From the NCBI GenBank assembly GCA_002421785.1, contig DIRZ01000001.1, forward strand, positions 60,001 to 92,000: a stretch of 32,000 nt of DNA, written 5' to 3'. Below, one piece after another: positions 31,948 to 32,000 of this stretch. Numbering within the stretch: the first letter of the stretch is position 1; the number at the start of each line of letters is the position of its first letter. The notes beneath the pieces are model-generated. The model made no database searches. It had not been told where the DNA came from and worked only from the letters and a program-made list of their open reading frames with translations. The DNA is from Candidatus Saccharimonadota bacterium (GTDB lineage: Bacteria > Patescibacteriota > Saccharimonadia > Saccharimonadales > Saccharimonadaceae). Both the position numbers and the translations under genes were made by a program.

Positions 31948-32000
31948 CAGACACAAGATTGAAATATCAACGACTAATTCCCAGAGGTGAGGCGAGAGGA

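Noticed and set aside
1-32000. Searched by eye for CRISPR arrays, IS elements, integrases/recombinases, restriction-modification genes and rRNA
   Set aside because: None found. The compositionally foreign segments therefore lack any recognisable mobility gene within this window, and the island interpretations remain inference.

Overview
This is a compact, gene-dense bacterial chromosome segment with about 30 CDS and 2 tRNAs. I saw no rRNA, CRISPR array, transposase or integrase. The backbone is roughly 50% GC by my spot counts of 60-nt lines. It encodes housekeeping and envelope functions: pyrH, xth, a HAD hydrolase, sortase, a PEGA protein, gltX, a DUF3048 protein, two sensor-kinase/REC-only regulator pairs, a class IV aminotransferase, a type IV pilin, a pseudouridine synthase, der, grpB, pth, a ZIP transporter with a divergent Fur-family regulator, dprA, a CDP-alcohol phosphatidyltransferase and topA. 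The gene content, the tight packing and the -10 boxes 6-10 nt before start codons resemble Patescibacteria/Saccharibacteria; that is inference only. Three things stand out. (1) An AT-shifted ~2 kb segment lies directly 3' of tRNA-Glu (spot counts 23-29/60 GC). It holds one orphan 541-aa ORF with a HEPN-type R-x4-H motif (RNAAVH), preceded by a pentanucleotide microsatellite and flanked by fragments resembling the tRNA 3' end. This is my best candidate for an undescribed single-gene toxin/defence element. (2) Four strongly GC-rich cassettes (spot count 41/60, GC-rich third positions) are wedged between backbone genes. They are a MoxR-like AAA+ ATPase with a repeat-containing partner, two paralogous small 2-TM proteins, and a 58-aa hydrophobic peptide. 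All four share one design: a native-looking AT-rich sigma70 promoter, a 5' hairpin and a strong Shine-Dalgarno sequence. (3) Backbone genes mostly look leaderless. All functional calls come from motifs read by eye; no database search was possible.
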